A stretch of 64,000 nucleotides of DNA, from positions 5,076-69,075 of the forward strand of contig JBGTSF010000015.1 in the NCBI GenBank assembly GCA_041940425.1. Direction: 5' to 3'. Made by a program: the position numbers and the translations under genes. The notes beneath the pieces were generated by a model. It did not search any database. It saw only the letters and a program-made list of their open reading frames with translations, and was not told where the DNA came from. Positions 38,123 through 48,090 of this stretch are shown piece after piece. This DNA comes from Pyrinomonadaceae bacterium (GTDB lineage: Bacteria > Acidobacteriota > Blastocatellia > Pyrinomonadales > Pyrinomonadaceae). Numbering within the stretch: position 1 is the first letter of the stretch; each line of letters starts with the position of its first letter.

Positions 38123-39022
38123 ATGCCGAAAAAAAAAGAGCAGAAAATAATAACGGTTCCGAATTTCGTGATAATCACGGGAGTGAGCGGTTCTGGTATG
38201 AGTTCGGCAACCAACGCTTTTGAAGATTTAGATTATTTTTGTGTTGATAACCTGCCGGTTACGATGCTTTCGACCTTTGCCCGCCTGCTTGTGCCGAACG
38301 AAGAAGAAGTCGTGGCAATCGAGAAAGCGGCACTCGTCATAAATATCCGCGAGCGGCATTTTTTATCCGAATTTCCGAACGAACTGAAAAAGTTAAGCAA
38401 GAAAAAACTCGAACCGTTCGTGATGTTTTTCGAGGCTTCGGACAATGTTTTGCAAAGAAGATTTTCCGAAACGCGCCGTCCGCACCCGGCGGACACGGGC
38501 GGTGGTTTGCTCGAAGCCATACGCAAAGAAAAAAAAGCGATGCAGAATGTCCGCGAAACCGCCGATCTGATAATTGATACTTCCGAACATACTGTTCACA
38601 CGCTCCGGCGATTTCTCGTGGAAAGATTCGGGCATAAGGAAGACGGCGTGCCGCTGAATGTTCAATTTGTCAGCTTCGGTCATAAATACGGCGTCCCGCG
38701 GCAGGTTGATCTGCTTTTTGACGTTCGGCATCTGCCGAATCCGTATTTTGAAAAAAAACTGAAGCATCTGCCCGGAACGGACGGGAAAGTCATCGAATTT
38801 TTAAATAAACAAAAAGAAGTCGCGGAAACCGTCCGGCGGTTTTCCGACCTTTTAAAATATCTGTTGCCGCAGTATAAAAAAGAAGGAAAATCTTATCTGA
38901 CGATCGGAATCGGCTGCACCGGCGGTCGGCATCGTTCGGTAATGGTCGCCAACCGTTTGTATGAAGACATCAAAAGCGAAGGTTACGAAACGACCGTTAC
39001 GCACCGGGACGTTCAGAAATAA
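38123..39022 (+). CDS. rapZ: RNase adapter protein RapZ (YhbJ)
   Basis: GVSGSGMSS P-loop and C-terminal GCTGGRHRSV. Confidence 0.9.
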   Translation: MPKKKEQKIITVPNFVIITGVSGSGMSSATNAFEDLDYFCVDNLPVTMLSTFARLLVPNEEEVVAIEKAALVINIRERHFLSEFPNELKKLSKKKLEPFVMFFEASDNVLQRRFSETRRPHPADTGGGLLEAIRKEKKAMQNVRETADLIIDTSEHTVHTLRRFLVERFGHKEDGVPLNVQFVSFGHKYGVPRQVDLLFDVRHLPNPYFEKKLKHLPGTDGKVIEFLNKQKEVAETVRRFSDLLKYLLPQYKKEGKSYLTIGIGCTGGRHRSVMVANRLYEDIKSEGYETTVTHRDVQK

Positions 39023-39024
39023 TT

Positions 39025-39444
39025 ATGAGTGATATAAAAAAAATCGGCGGAGTCATCGTTTCACACGGTCGCGTGGCGAACGAACTTTTGGCGGCGGCGG
39101 AGACGGTCGTCGGAAATTTGTCGCATATCGCGGCGGTTTCGATCGGCTGGCACGACGACGTGGAAATGGCGAAGGAGGAAATATCTCGCTCTATAAAAAA
39201 AGTTTCCGAAGGCAAAGGCGTTTTGCTTTTGACGGATATGTTCGGCGGAACTCCGACGAATATCTCGGCGATGTTTATCAAGGAAAACGAGGTCGAGGTC
39301 GTGACGGGCGTAAATCTTCCGATGGTCGTTAAACTCGCTTCACAAAACAAGGAAATGACCTTGAAGGAAATGGCTGAGGCGGTCGAGGAACAGGGAAAAC
39401 AAGCGATTTACCGCGCCGGTAATTTGCTCTCGCCGCAAAAATAA
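39025..39444 (+). CDS. PTS EIIA component, mannose/fructose (Man) family
   Basis: GGVIVSHGRVANELL N-terminal active-site His context and DMFGGTP. Confidence 0.8.
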   Translation: MSDIKKIGGVIVSHGRVANELLAAAETVVGNLSHIAAVSIGWHDDVEMAKEEISRSIKKVSEGKGVLLLTDMFGGTPTNISAMFIKENEVEVVTGVNLPMVVKLASQNKEMTLKEMAEAVEEQGKQAIYRAGNLLSPQK

Positions 39445-39454
39445 ATTTACTGAA

Positions 39455-39727
39455 ATGCTCGAAACCGAAATCACAGTCGTCAATCCGCTCGGTCTGCACG
39501 CCAGAGCCGCCGCGCAATTGGTTCGTCTCGCCGGAAAATTTTCGAGCCGGATAATCATCAAACGGACAGACAACAATCTTTATGCCGATGCCAAATCAAT
39601 TTTGAGCGTTCTGACGCTGGCGGCTTCAAAAGGAACGGTTTTGGTCCTGGAGGTCGAAGGCGAGGACGAACGGCAGGCGTTTGAAGAAATCAAAACTCTT
39701 TTTGCAAACGGCTTTGGGGAATTGTAA
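39455..39727 (+). CDS. ptsH: Phosphocarrier protein HPr
   Basis: His15 context GLHARAA and Ser46 context AKSILSVL. Confidence 0.9.
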   Translation: MLETEITVVNPLGLHARAAAQLVRLAGKFSSRIIIKRTDNNLYADAKSILSVLTLAASKGTVLVLEVEGEDERQAFEEIKTLFANGFGEL

Positions 39728-39736
39728 ATTTTAAAT

Positions 39737-40699
39737 ATGGATTTTACCGCGAGAGATTTTCCCGGAAAAGATAAAAAAATAGGAATCATCGGCGTTCCGC
39801 TCGGCTACGCCGCGGGAACGACCGGCAGCGAACTTGGCGCGACGGCGATCCGTCTGGCGAAACTTCACGGCTTGCCGTTGAACGAACATATTGAAAATCT
39901 CGGCTACGAGGTTATGGACTACGGCGATGTCGAGATCGTCAAACCGGATTACATCGCGGAAAAAAACGAGAACCCGAAGTATTTTAAAGAATATCTTGCT
40001 TCGTGCAGAAAAATGACCGAAGCCGTCAAAACGATCTTGCAAAAGGGCGAGATGCCCGTCATCATCGGCGGCGATCATTCGATAGCGGCGGGAACCCTTT
40101 CGGGAATTTCTTCGCATTTTCATTCTGAGGAAAAAGAGATCGGACTCATCTGGTTTGACGCGCACGCCGATATGAACACGCCCGATACATCGCCTTCGGG
40201 AAATATACACGGCATGCCGCTCGCGGCGATTCTCGGTTTCGGTCATGATGAAATGGTCGGTCTCGAAGGCTTTTCGCCGAAAATAAATCCGAAATTTTGC
40301 GCCCACGTCGGCGCGCGCGATCTGGACGCGGGCGAAAAAAATCTGATTCGATCGCTCGGAATCCGTGAACAGTTTTTTACGATGAGCGACATTGACCGGC
40401 GCGGCATCACGAACTGTGTCGAAAGGGCGGTTGAAATCGCTTCGCAAGCCGAAGGCGGATTCGCCGTAACATTCGACGTTGATGTAATTGATCCGCGTTT
40501 CGCGCCCGGTTCGGGAACGCTCGTGCGCGGCGGGATGACTTACCGCGAAGCGCATTTTGCACTGGAACTCATCGCCGAAAAAGGCGGAATGAGGTCATTT
40601 GAAATCGTCGAGGTCAACCCGATGCTTGACGAAAAAAACATCACGGTCAAACTTGCCGGAGAACTTATACTTTCAGCTTTAGGAAAAACGATTATTTAA
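39737..40699 (+). CDS. Arginase-family ureohydrolase
   Basis: Mn-ligand motifs GGDHS, DAHADMN and FDVDVIDP. Confidence 0.85.
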   Translation: MDFTARDFPGKDKKIGIIGVPLGYAAGTTGSELGATAIRLAKLHGLPLNEHIENLGYEVMDYGDVEIVKPDYIAEKNENPKYFKEYLASCRKMTEAVKTILQKGEMPVIIGGDHSIAAGTLSGISSHFHSEEKEIGLIWFDAHADMNTPDTSPSGNIHGMPLAAILGFGHDEMVGLEGFSPKINPKFCAHVGARDLDAGEKNLIRSLGIREQFFTMSDIDRRGITNCVERAVEIASQAEGGFAVTFDVDVIDPRFAPGSGTLVRGGMTYREAHFALELIAEKGGMRSFEIVEVNPMLDEKNITVKLAGELILSALGKTII

Positions 40700-40702
40700 C
40701 TT

Positions 40703-41833
40703 ATGAAAACAAGGATTGGCGTAATATTCGGCGGGCGTTCCGGCGAACACGAAATCTCGATTCGTTCGGCAAAGACGGTTATCGAAAAACTCGATAAGAC
40801 GAAATACGACGTGATGCCGATTGCCATTTCAAAAGACGGAACGTGGCTTTCTCCGGCTGAATCTTTAAAATTGCTCCCCGAAAACGCGCAAAATATTCTG
40901 CAAGAAAATTCGGAAACTTTTCCTGAAACGGAAATCGCGCTCTTGGGCGATACGAAATATCGCGGATTGACAAAAATCTCGCCGGAAAATTCCGAAGAAC
41001 AAAACCTGCCGCTTGATGTCGTCTTTCCCGTTCTGCACGGCACATACGGCGAGGACGGGACAATTCAGGGGCTTTTGGAAATGGCGGGAATTCCCTTTGT
41101 CGGCTGCGGCGTTTTGGCTTCGTCATGCGGGATGGATAAGGTCGTGATGAAAACGCTTTTCCGCGATGCCGATCTGCCAATCTGCCGTTATGTCTGGTTT
41201 TTGCGAAGCGAATGGGAAAGCGACACGGAAGCGGTTTTATCGCAAATCGAGACAAAACTCGGTTTTCCATGTTTTGTAAAGCCCGCGAATCTCGGCTCGT
41301 CGGTCGGCGTTTCAAAGGCGGAAGACCGCGAATCTTTAAATCGAGCCGTCGGACTCGCCGCCGAATACGACCGGAAGATCATCGTCGAGGAATGTCTCGA
41401 TATGCGCGAGATCGAATGCTCCGTCATCGGCAATGAGCAGCCTCAAGCGAGTCTGCCGGGCGAATATATTATCAATGCCGACGATAAAAAATTTCTCGAT
41501 TACACGGAAAAATACTGCGGAACGGGCAATAATGAATTTGTCGTTCCCGCGCTCATCAGCGACGAACTGACAAAAAAAATTCAGGAAATGGCGGTTCGCG
41601 CTTTCAAGGCGATTGACGGCGCGGGCTTTGCGCGGGTTGATTTCTTTTTGCGAAACGATACGGGCGCGCTTCTGGTCAATGAGATCAACACGATTCCGGG
41701 ACTGACCGACGCTTCGGGGTTTCCGAAAATGTGGGCAGGTTCGGGAAAAGATTTTTCGGAGATTTTAGATTTGCTGGTGGAATACGCTTTGGAAAGATTT
41801 AACGATAAGGCTCGCAATAAAACTTCAATATAA
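40703..41833 (+). CDS. ddl: D-alanine--D-alanine ligase
   Basis: ATP-grasp Ddl layout (FPVLHGTYGEDGTIQG, VNEINTIPG). Confidence 0.9.
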   Translation: MKTRIGVIFGGRSGEHEISIRSAKTVIEKLDKTKYDVMPIAISKDGTWLSPAESLKLLPENAQNILQENSETFPETEIALLGDTKYRGLTKISPENSEEQNLPLDVVFPVLHGTYGEDGTIQGLLEMAGIPFVGCGVLASSCGMDKVVMKTLFRDADLPICRYVWFLRSEWESDTEAVLSQIETKLGFPCFVKPANLGSSVGVSKAEDRESLNRAVGLAAEYDRKIIVEECLDMREIECSVIGNEQPQASLPGEYIINADDKKFLDYTEKYCGTGNNEFVVPALISDELTKKIQEMAVRAFKAIDGAGFARVDFFLRNDTGALLVNEINTIPGLTDASGFPKMWAGSGKDFSEILDLLVEYALERFNDKARNKTSI

Positions 41834-41872
41834 GCCGGAGCAAATGCCGGGAGCGCGCGCACCATAACAGTT

Positions 41873-42802
41873 TTAATTTTTTGCCTTCGGCGCGTGGTAG
41901 CCTTCGCGCGTTCTAATGTTGAGATTCGGACGTGTGACCCTGACTTCGATGGAATGCCATTTGCCGTCCTTGTTGACGTTTTGCGGTTCATAACCGAAAG
42001 TGTATTGGTTGCCGAGTTCCTCGACAATGTTTTTGAAAGCGTTTCTGAGTTCGATTCCGCCCGGAGTGGCGACGAATCTCCCGCCCGTCTTTTCGGCAAA
42101 ATTCCGCAAAACGCCCTGATTCTGCATTCTTTCTTTTCCGCCAGTGCTGATTCCAGACATATCTACCGTGTAGATCGTCGCATTAACTTTTAAAGCGGCT
42201 TTTAGAGCCTTGCTTGCCGAACGACCGCTCCGGGTGTCCGCGCCGTCGGACAAGACGACAATCGCGCGGCGTTTTTCGGTTCGTTTTTCAAGTTCGAGCG
42301 CGGCTTGATAAATAGCGTCATTTAAAACCGTCCAGCCGTAGGCTTTGAGATCGAAAACTTTTTCCGTGATGTCGCGCGAGTTTGAAAAATCCTGAACCAG
42401 CGAAACTTTCGAATCGAAATTATAGATCGCCACATTGTCGTCAACCCTGATTCCGTCAAGAAAATTTATCGCGGCGGAACGCGCCAGAGAGATTCGCTGT
42501 TCCATACTGCCTGACGTGTCAATCAGGATAACGGCGGCAAACGGCGATTCCTGCGATTCGAAAAATTCGAGCGTCTGCTCTTTTCCGTCTTCCAGCACTT
42601 TGAAATCGCTCTTTTTCAGACCGTAAACTGTTTTACCTTCTTGATCTGTAATCGAGGCGTTTAAAACGACAAGAGAAGTTTCGACATTGATTTCGTCATC
42701 GGAGTTGTCCTGAGCGTGAAGTGGAATTTTTATGAATAAGAAGATAGAAAGAAAAAAGAAAATACCGAAAAAATTAAAACGCTGGTGACAATTAAAATTC
42801 AT
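41873..42802 (-). CDS. Secreted VWFA-related protein (acidobacterial VWFA type)
   Basis: Signal peptide, N-terminal beta region (LKKSDFKVLEDGKEQ) and MIDAS-like ILIDTSGSM. Confidence 0.8.
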   Translation of the reverse strand: MNFNCHQRFNFFGIFFFLSIFLFIKIPLHAQDNSDDEINVETSLVVLNASITDQEGKTVYGLKKSDFKVLEDGKEQTLEFFESQESPFAAVILIDTSGSMEQRISLARSAAINFLDGIRVDDNVAIYNFDSKVSLVQDFSNSRDITEKVFDLKAYGWTVLNDAIYQAALELEKRTEKRRAIVVLSDGADTRSGRSASKALKAALKVNATIYTVDMSGISTGGKERMQNQGVLRNFAEKTGGRFVATPGGIELRNAFKNIVEELGNQYTFGYEPQNVNKDGKWHSIEVRVTRPNLNIRTREGYHAPKAKN

Positions 42803-42803
42803 A

Positions 42804-43337
42804 TTACTTTTTCCAGAAGCGTATATAACGAACGATATTTAACAATGTGTTCGAGCTTTGAATGGCGACGACCGAAATACTGTAGCGCGAAGTCTTTTTC
42901 AATTCGTCAAACAGCCCGACGGCGGATTCTTTCAAGTTGGAAATTGCGTTTTTTATCGAGGAAGGTTTTTCCGGCAATTCTTCGGAATCATAGTCATCGC
43001 CGCCTAGTTCCTTGCGGATTTTTTTCAGAAGTTTCTCGATCTTTTCCAGTTTTTCGACATCCGACGAACTCAATTTATTATTTCTATTAAACGAGGTTTC
43101 GACTTCTTCGCTTAACTTTACGGCTTCTTCGCCGTTAGCGAGCATTTCCTCATAATCTTTTTTCAAGCGTTCGAGTTCGTTCTTTTTTAATGATTCCCGG
43201 ACGTTTTTCGGAATAGGTTCTTCGGGACGCTTTTTCCCGAACGGGGTTGAAGCGTCAAACTGCGCGCTAACCGAAACGGCGAGCGAACCGATTGCGAGAA
43301 ATAAAAATAAAAATTTGGAAAATCTTTTTAACATCAA
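42804..43337 (-). CDS. Secreted coiled-coil protein, unknown function
   Basis: Signal peptide and an E/K-rich helical body. Lies 1 nt upstream of the VWFA gene. Confidence 0.6.
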   Translation of the reverse strand: MMLKRFSKFLFLFLAIGSLAVSVSAQFDASTPFGKKRPEEPIPKNVRESLKKNELERLKKDYEEMLANGEEAVKLSEEVETSFNRNNKLSSSDVEKLEKIEKLLKKIRKELGGDDYDSEELPEKPSSIKNAISNLKESAVGLFDELKKTSRYSISVVAIQSSNTLLNIVRYIRFWKK

Positions 43338-43341
43338 ATAT

Positions 43342-43968
43342 TCAGGGAGTTTTAGTTACGATCGGTTCTGGAGTAATACCCGTTACAGTTTCGATCAGTT
43401 TTGCTAAAAATTCGTCCTCCGCCGTGCCGTTACTCGACAGATTCACCCATTCGGAAAACAGACCGTTTTCCTGTCTGCCCTCGACTTTGGCAATGACGGA
43501 AACATTGTTTTGAATCCCGTCAATTGACTGCACCTCGATAGTCAGCGTGTAGCGTCCGCGAGTCCAGACCGAATCGTAGCCGGGAAGTTCGGCGTAGCGG
43601 CTTAGTTGACTTCGCGTCGTAACCGCTCCTTTAACGAAAATATACGGCTGGGTAACGATGACTCCTTCACTCAGACGCGAAGCGGCGTCGTCAACCAAAA
43701 TCTGTTTGTCTTTTAAAACGCTGACAATGTTATTTACCAGATAATCGCGCCGAGCATTTAATTTATAGGGGTTCGGCAGACGCTCGCGGGTTTTGGTCTT
43801 GCCCGATCCCCAATCGAACGAGCGGTTAACATCATTGCCTTTATTGGTTTTATTGCTGTCTTCGCGTATTTGCTTGGTTTGCGGGTCAACGCCTTTTTGC
43901 GCGAACACCGAAGTTGAAAATACGAGCAGGCAGATTGTAAATAGAATTTTTTTCATAAAGTTTTTCAA
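43342..43968 (-). CDS. Secreted protein, unknown function
   Basis: Signal peptide MKKILFTICLLVFSTSVFAQ. Lies 4 nt upstream of the next gene. Confidence 0.6.
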   Translation of the reverse strand: MKNFMKKILFTICLLVFSTSVFAQKGVDPQTKQIREDSNKTNKGNDVNRSFDWGSGKTKTRERLPNPYKLNARRDYLVNNIVSVLKDKQILVDDAASRLSEGVIVTQPYIFVKGAVTTRSQLSRYAELPGYDSVWTRGRYTLTIEVQSIDGIQNNVSVIAKVEGRQENGLFSEWVNLSSNGTAEDEFLAKLIETVTGITPEPIVTKTP

Positions 43969-44100
43969 ATAAAATATAACTCAAATTCTACCTGATTAAA
44001 AGGTTTGATGTGTATGGAAATTTTGAAGTTGTATTTACAAAAAAAAGTCTGAATGCCAGACGGCAGAAATGTCCCGAACCGATTTGAAGCGAGCCTCTCG

Positions 44101-44886
44101 TTACTGCTCCCGGTTCTGAAGTTCCCATAAAAGCAGATGTTTCAAGAATGCGTGATGGGCGGCAAAACGCGCTATGCAGAAACCGGGAAGTCCATCTAAA
44201 AAACCGAGTTTTAAAAAATATGTCCGCAGAAACGCGGTTAATCCGGCGGCTGCGATTTTCAGAGGAGTAGTTTTTCTGCCTCTCAAAAACATTTGTTCAG
44301 CGGCGAGCGGCGCGTATCTTTCGCCGATCATCCGGTGATGATGCGCGGCGTTTTCGACCGTATGGTGAAGTATGTCGCCCGAAAGTTTTTCTACTTGCCC
44401 GTCAATCTCGACCGATTCGTGAATTAAAACGTCTTTCCATTTTCCTTTTCTCCGATCAAAAAAACGAATCTGCCAATCTGGATACCAGCCGCCGTGCCGA
44501 ATCGGGTGATTCATATAAAACGAAAGCCGGGGGATTTTATAACCGTCGGCAAGTTGTTCGGAATTTTTTAAGGCGAGAATTTCACACTTTAATTTTTCGG
44601 AAACTACTTCGTCCGCATCGAGACTGAAAATCCAATTGTGCGCGGCATTGTCAACGGCAAACTGTTTTTGTTTTGAAAATCCGAGCCATTTTTGCGTGAT
44701 GACTTTCACGCCGAGTGATTCGGCGATTTCGCGCGTCCGGTCGGCACTTTCGGAATCAATAAGCAAAATCTCGTCTGCCCATTGAAGCGAGTTGATAGCA
44801 TCGGCGATTTTAGCTTCCTCGTTAAAAGCGATGATGACGGCGGAAATTTTCACGAAACAGATTGTCGCAAACTTCTCAGAAAACAT
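44101..44886 (-). CDS. Family 2 glycosyltransferase (LPS-core WaaE/KdtX-like)
   Basis: ISAVIIAFNEE ... DADE motifs. The real start may be the GTG at 44853. Confidence 0.8.
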   Translation of the reverse strand: MFSEKFATICFVKISAVIIAFNEEAKIADAINSLQWADEILLIDSESADRTREIAESLGVKVITQKWLGFSKQKQFAVDNAAHNWIFSLDADEVVSEKLKCEILALKNSEQLADGYKIPRLSFYMNHPIRHGGWYPDWQIRFFDRRKGKWKDVLIHESVEIDGQVEKLSGDILHHTVENAAHHHRMIGERYAPLAAEQMFLRGRKTTPLKIAAAGLTAFLRTYFLKLGFLDGLPGFCIARFAAHHAFLKHLLLWELQNREQ

Positions 44887-44910
44887 AAAGAGCCGGCATC
44901 GCGGCTCTTT
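44880..44910 (-). terminator. Hairpin terminator after the TolC-like gene
   Basis: 9-bp stem, aaagagccg with cggctcttt (44887-44910). On the minus strand it is followed by UUUAUGUUUU, and an A10 run lies on the other side. Confidence 0.45.
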
Positions 44911-44955
44911 AAAAAAAAAATGATTGATTGATATAAAAAAACAAAAACGACTGAC

Positions 44956-46794
44956 TTATTGATCGTCCTGCATCGGCGAATCTATCAGGACATTATTTGC
45001 TCGGAAGGTCGTCGAAGTTGCGCGCTGCAGATCGGCAAGCGCCTTGTTGTAATCGGTCTCGGCGCGAATCTCGGCATTGCGGGCGTTGGTTAGAGCGTTT
45101 TCTCTCTGGAACAGAAGAAACGTCGTCGAGCGTCCGACATCGAAAAGTTTCTGTTCGCCTTCTAGCTGGATTTCGGCGTTTTCACGCGCCCGCCGCGCCG
45201 CTAGAACGCGCTGTCTTGCCGATTCGACCGCCTGCACCGCATTGCGGACTTCGGCGACCACCGTCTGTTCCTGCGAACGGGTTTGCGCTTCGATTCTTTC
45301 CTGTTCAAACCGCGCTCCGGCAAGATTTGCTTCGGCAGTTTGATTTCTCAAAGGAAAACTGATCGTTACTCCGGCGGTATAGCTCGGCGAATCGCTTCGA
45401 AAAAGATTTGACAGCGATTGATTAAATCCGCCCGTTAAAAAATCCGGTCGCGGTGTGATCGGTATTTGCGGGTTCGGGATCGGATCGAGCATCGCCCTGC
45501 CTAAAAGTATATTTACATTTTGACGCAATATTTCATCGTTGCCCGTAAACTGGGGAAATGAATTAACACCGTTCGTACCGCCGGTGCCTGAAATTCCGCC
45601 GAGCGAGACGGTCGTATTAAGATCAATCTGCGGTTTTGTTTGATTCTTGAAATAATCAATATCAATTTTGTTGATCTCGCTCTCCAATTTTAAGCGTCTC
45701 AGTTCGGGACGGTTTTCGACGGCATCTTTTAAGGCTAATTCCAAGTTTACCGGATCGGTGCTGAACACAGGGCTATCGGTCGGCACGTATTGACTCGACC
45801 ATTCGGCGGCGGTCGGTTCACGGAGAACCAGTTGCTTTAATCTGTTTTCCGCCGATTCGACCTGCTGTGTGGCGACGATCAGATCCGATTCACGATTAGC
45901 AAGTTCGGTCGCAACTTCGGCGCGGGCTAGAGGAGCGGCGACGCCGGCATCAATCTGCGCTTCGATACGTCGCATATTTTCTTTTGAAAGATTCAGATTC
46001 GCCACGCGGTTTTGCTGGTCGCGCAAAGCGAATACCAAATCCCAATATGCCTGTTGAACCTGAGAAATTATCTCGATTGTCTGGCGGCGGAAATCGGCAT
46101 CCGATTGGGCGACACGTTTTCTTTGGATTTTAATCAAACGGCGGTTTTGATCAATTTTGAAATCTCTCCAAAGCGGTTGGGTAAAGGTAACTCCGAAACT
46201 CGAAGAAAACAATGCTCCGCCGCTTCCCGATGTGATCCCGCCCTGTGTCGCCTGCGCCTGAGCGAAGCGGTTTTCAGTTCGCGTATTGTTAAAAAATACG
46301 CGGTAATTTCCGCCGCCCTGTCTGATAAATTTCGTAAAATCGGAATTGAGCCGGAGATCGTTGGTCGCCGCCTCGCCGGTCGTCGCCGTTCTTTGAAAAG
46401 TCGGCGCGATTGTAAAAACGCCGTCATACACGCCTAAAAGCGACCGCAAACTAGATTCGGCGATCTTTACATCGTTTCGGGAAACTTCGATATCGTTGTT
46501 GTTTTCCAGTGCTTTTCGAATTGCGTCATTTAAAGTCAGAGGCGTTGTTTGTCCCGTCTGCACGCCGATGCGGCTAACCGGATTAAATGTATTTTGCGGG
46601 GATTTTTTGGAATTAACCGAAATTGTTTGAATACCGGTCTCGACCGTAGTCGCTTCCGCGGAAGAAATAATCTTCTCTTTTTCGGCGGCGTTTTTAGCGA
46701 TCTGCGTTTCCTGTGCGGAAATCGAATTTGTTCCGGCGAAAACGATGCACAACGCAAAAAATGAGTGGACAAAAAACAAGCGTAAATTTTTCAT
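44956..46794 (-). CDS. TolC-family outer membrane efflux protein
   Basis: Signal peptide and two OEP-type repeats, 612 aa. Confidence 0.85.
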   Translation of the reverse strand: MKNLRLFFVHSFFALCIVFAGTNSISAQETQIAKNAAEKEKIISSAEATTVETGIQTISVNSKKSPQNTFNPVSRIGVQTGQTTPLTLNDAIRKALENNNDIEVSRNDVKIAESSLRSLLGVYDGVFTIAPTFQRTATTGEAATNDLRLNSDFTKFIRQGGGNYRVFFNNTRTENRFAQAQATQGGITSGSGGALFSSSFGVTFTQPLWRDFKIDQNRRLIKIQRKRVAQSDADFRRQTIEIISQVQQAYWDLVFALRDQQNRVANLNLSKENMRRIEAQIDAGVAAPLARAEVATELANRESDLIVATQQVESAENRLKQLVLREPTAAEWSSQYVPTDSPVFSTDPVNLELALKDAVENRPELRRLKLESEINKIDIDYFKNQTKPQIDLNTTVSLGGISGTGGTNGVNSFPQFTGNDEILRQNVNILLGRAMLDPIPNPQIPITPRPDFLTGGFNQSLSNLFRSDSPSYTAGVTISFPLRNQTAEANLAGARFEQERIEAQTRSQEQTVVAEVRNAVQAVESARQRVLAARRARENAEIQLEGEQKLFDVGRSTTFLLFQRENALTNARNAEIRAETDYNKALADLQRATSTTFRANNVLIDSPMQDDQ

Positions 46795-47008
46795 TATAAA
46801 AGACTCCGAGTTTTAATTCCGAATAGTTTAGAACCTGGCGAACTCAACCGATTACTACGACAAAATAATTTTTATAGTTTCATATTTTTGGATATTGCCG
46901 CGAACGATTTAACAAAAAGTTTAGAAATTACAATGCTTTGAGTTTTGGGCGAAATTAAGTTATCTTCAATGTTTTAACACAAACTTATTCTGGAGGAAAC
47001 TATTAAAA

Positions 47009-48016
47009 ATGGCAATTAAAGTAGGTATTAACGGTTTCGGGCGAATCGGGCGCAACATTATGAGAACCGCGCTCGGCGATGCGGATTTCGATTTCGTGGC
47101 GGTCAACGATCTGACCGACACGAAAACTCTGGCGCATCTTTTGAAATACGATTCGGTGATGGGAAATCTCGAACAGGAAATCTCGGCGGACGGCGACACG
47201 ATCAATGTTAACGGCGAAAGTTTTAAGGTTTTCAGCGAAAAAGATCCGTCGCTGATTCCGTGGGAAGAAGTCGGCGCGGAGATCGTTATCGAATCAACCG
47301 GGCGGTTTACAAAAGCCGAAGACGCGGCGAAACACCTGCGCGGTTCGGTCAAAAAAGTCATCATTTCCGCTCCGGCAAAAGGCGAGGACGTAACGATCGT
47401 TCTCGGAGTCAACGAGGAAATGTATGACGCGGAGAAACACAACATCATTTCAAATGCATCGTGTACGACAAACTGTCTCGCTCCGGTTGCGAAAGTCATC
47501 CATGAAAAATTCGGAATCGAAAACGCTCTGATGAACACGATTCACAGTTACACGAACGATCAGCAATTACTCGATCTGCCGCATAAAGACCTGCGCCGCG
47601 CTCGTGCCGCCGGGCTTTCGATGATCCCGACCTCGACCGGCGCGGCAAAAGCCGTTGCACTAGTCATTCCCGAACTTGAAGGAAAATTCGACGGAATTTC
47701 GGTTCGTGTTCCGACACCGAATGTTTCGCTCGTTGACGTGGTGATGAATCTCGAAAAGGAAACCAGCACGGAAGAAGTCAATCAGGTTTTGAAAGACGCG
47801 GCGAACGAAGAATTAAAAGGCATTCTCCAATTCAGCGAAGAGCCGCTTGTTTCCATTGATTTTCGCGGCAATCCGCATTCTTCGATTGTTGACGCGGAAA
47901 ATACGAAGGTCATCGGCGGCAAAACCGTCAAAGTCCTTTCGTGGTATGACAACGAATGGGGCTATTCGTGCCGCGTCCGCGATCTGGTGAAATTTATCGC
48001 CGACAAAGGATTGTAA
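47009..48016 (+). CDS. gap: Glyceraldehyde-3-phosphate dehydrogenase
   Basis: INGFGRIGR and SCTTNCL active site. Confidence 0.95.
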   Translation: MAIKVGINGFGRIGRNIMRTALGDADFDFVAVNDLTDTKTLAHLLKYDSVMGNLEQEISADGDTINVNGESFKVFSEKDPSLIPWEEVGAEIVIESTGRFTKAEDAAKHLRGSVKKVIISAPAKGEDVTIVLGVNEEMYDAEKHNIISNASCTTNCLAPVAKVIHEKFGIENALMNTIHSYTNDQQLLDLPHKDLRRARAAGLSMIPTSTGAAKAVALVIPELEGKFDGISVRVPTPNVSLVDVVMNLEKETSTEEVNQVLKDAANEELKGILQFSEEPLVSIDFRGNPHSSIVDAENTKVIGGKTVKVLSWYDNEWGYSCRVRDLVKFIADKGL

Positions 48017-48020
48017 GTTT

Positions 48021-48072
48021 AGGGACGAGTGATGAGGGACGAGGGAAAAGAGATTTTTGCTCGTCCTTTTTA
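48021..48072 (+). terminator. gap terminator built on the same AGGGAYG heptamer repeat as 17594-17648
   Basis: agggacgagtgatgagggacgaggga (48021-48046). ggacgag pairs with ctcgtcc (48060-48066), followed by tttttatttt. Confidence 0.6.
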
Positions 48073-48090
48073 TTTTAGAATTTTATAAAA

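Noticed and set aside
39731-40555. 274-aa minus-strand ORF antisense to the arginase gene
   Set aside because: It is a shadow ORF. The plus strand carries all the arginase Mn-ligand motifs.
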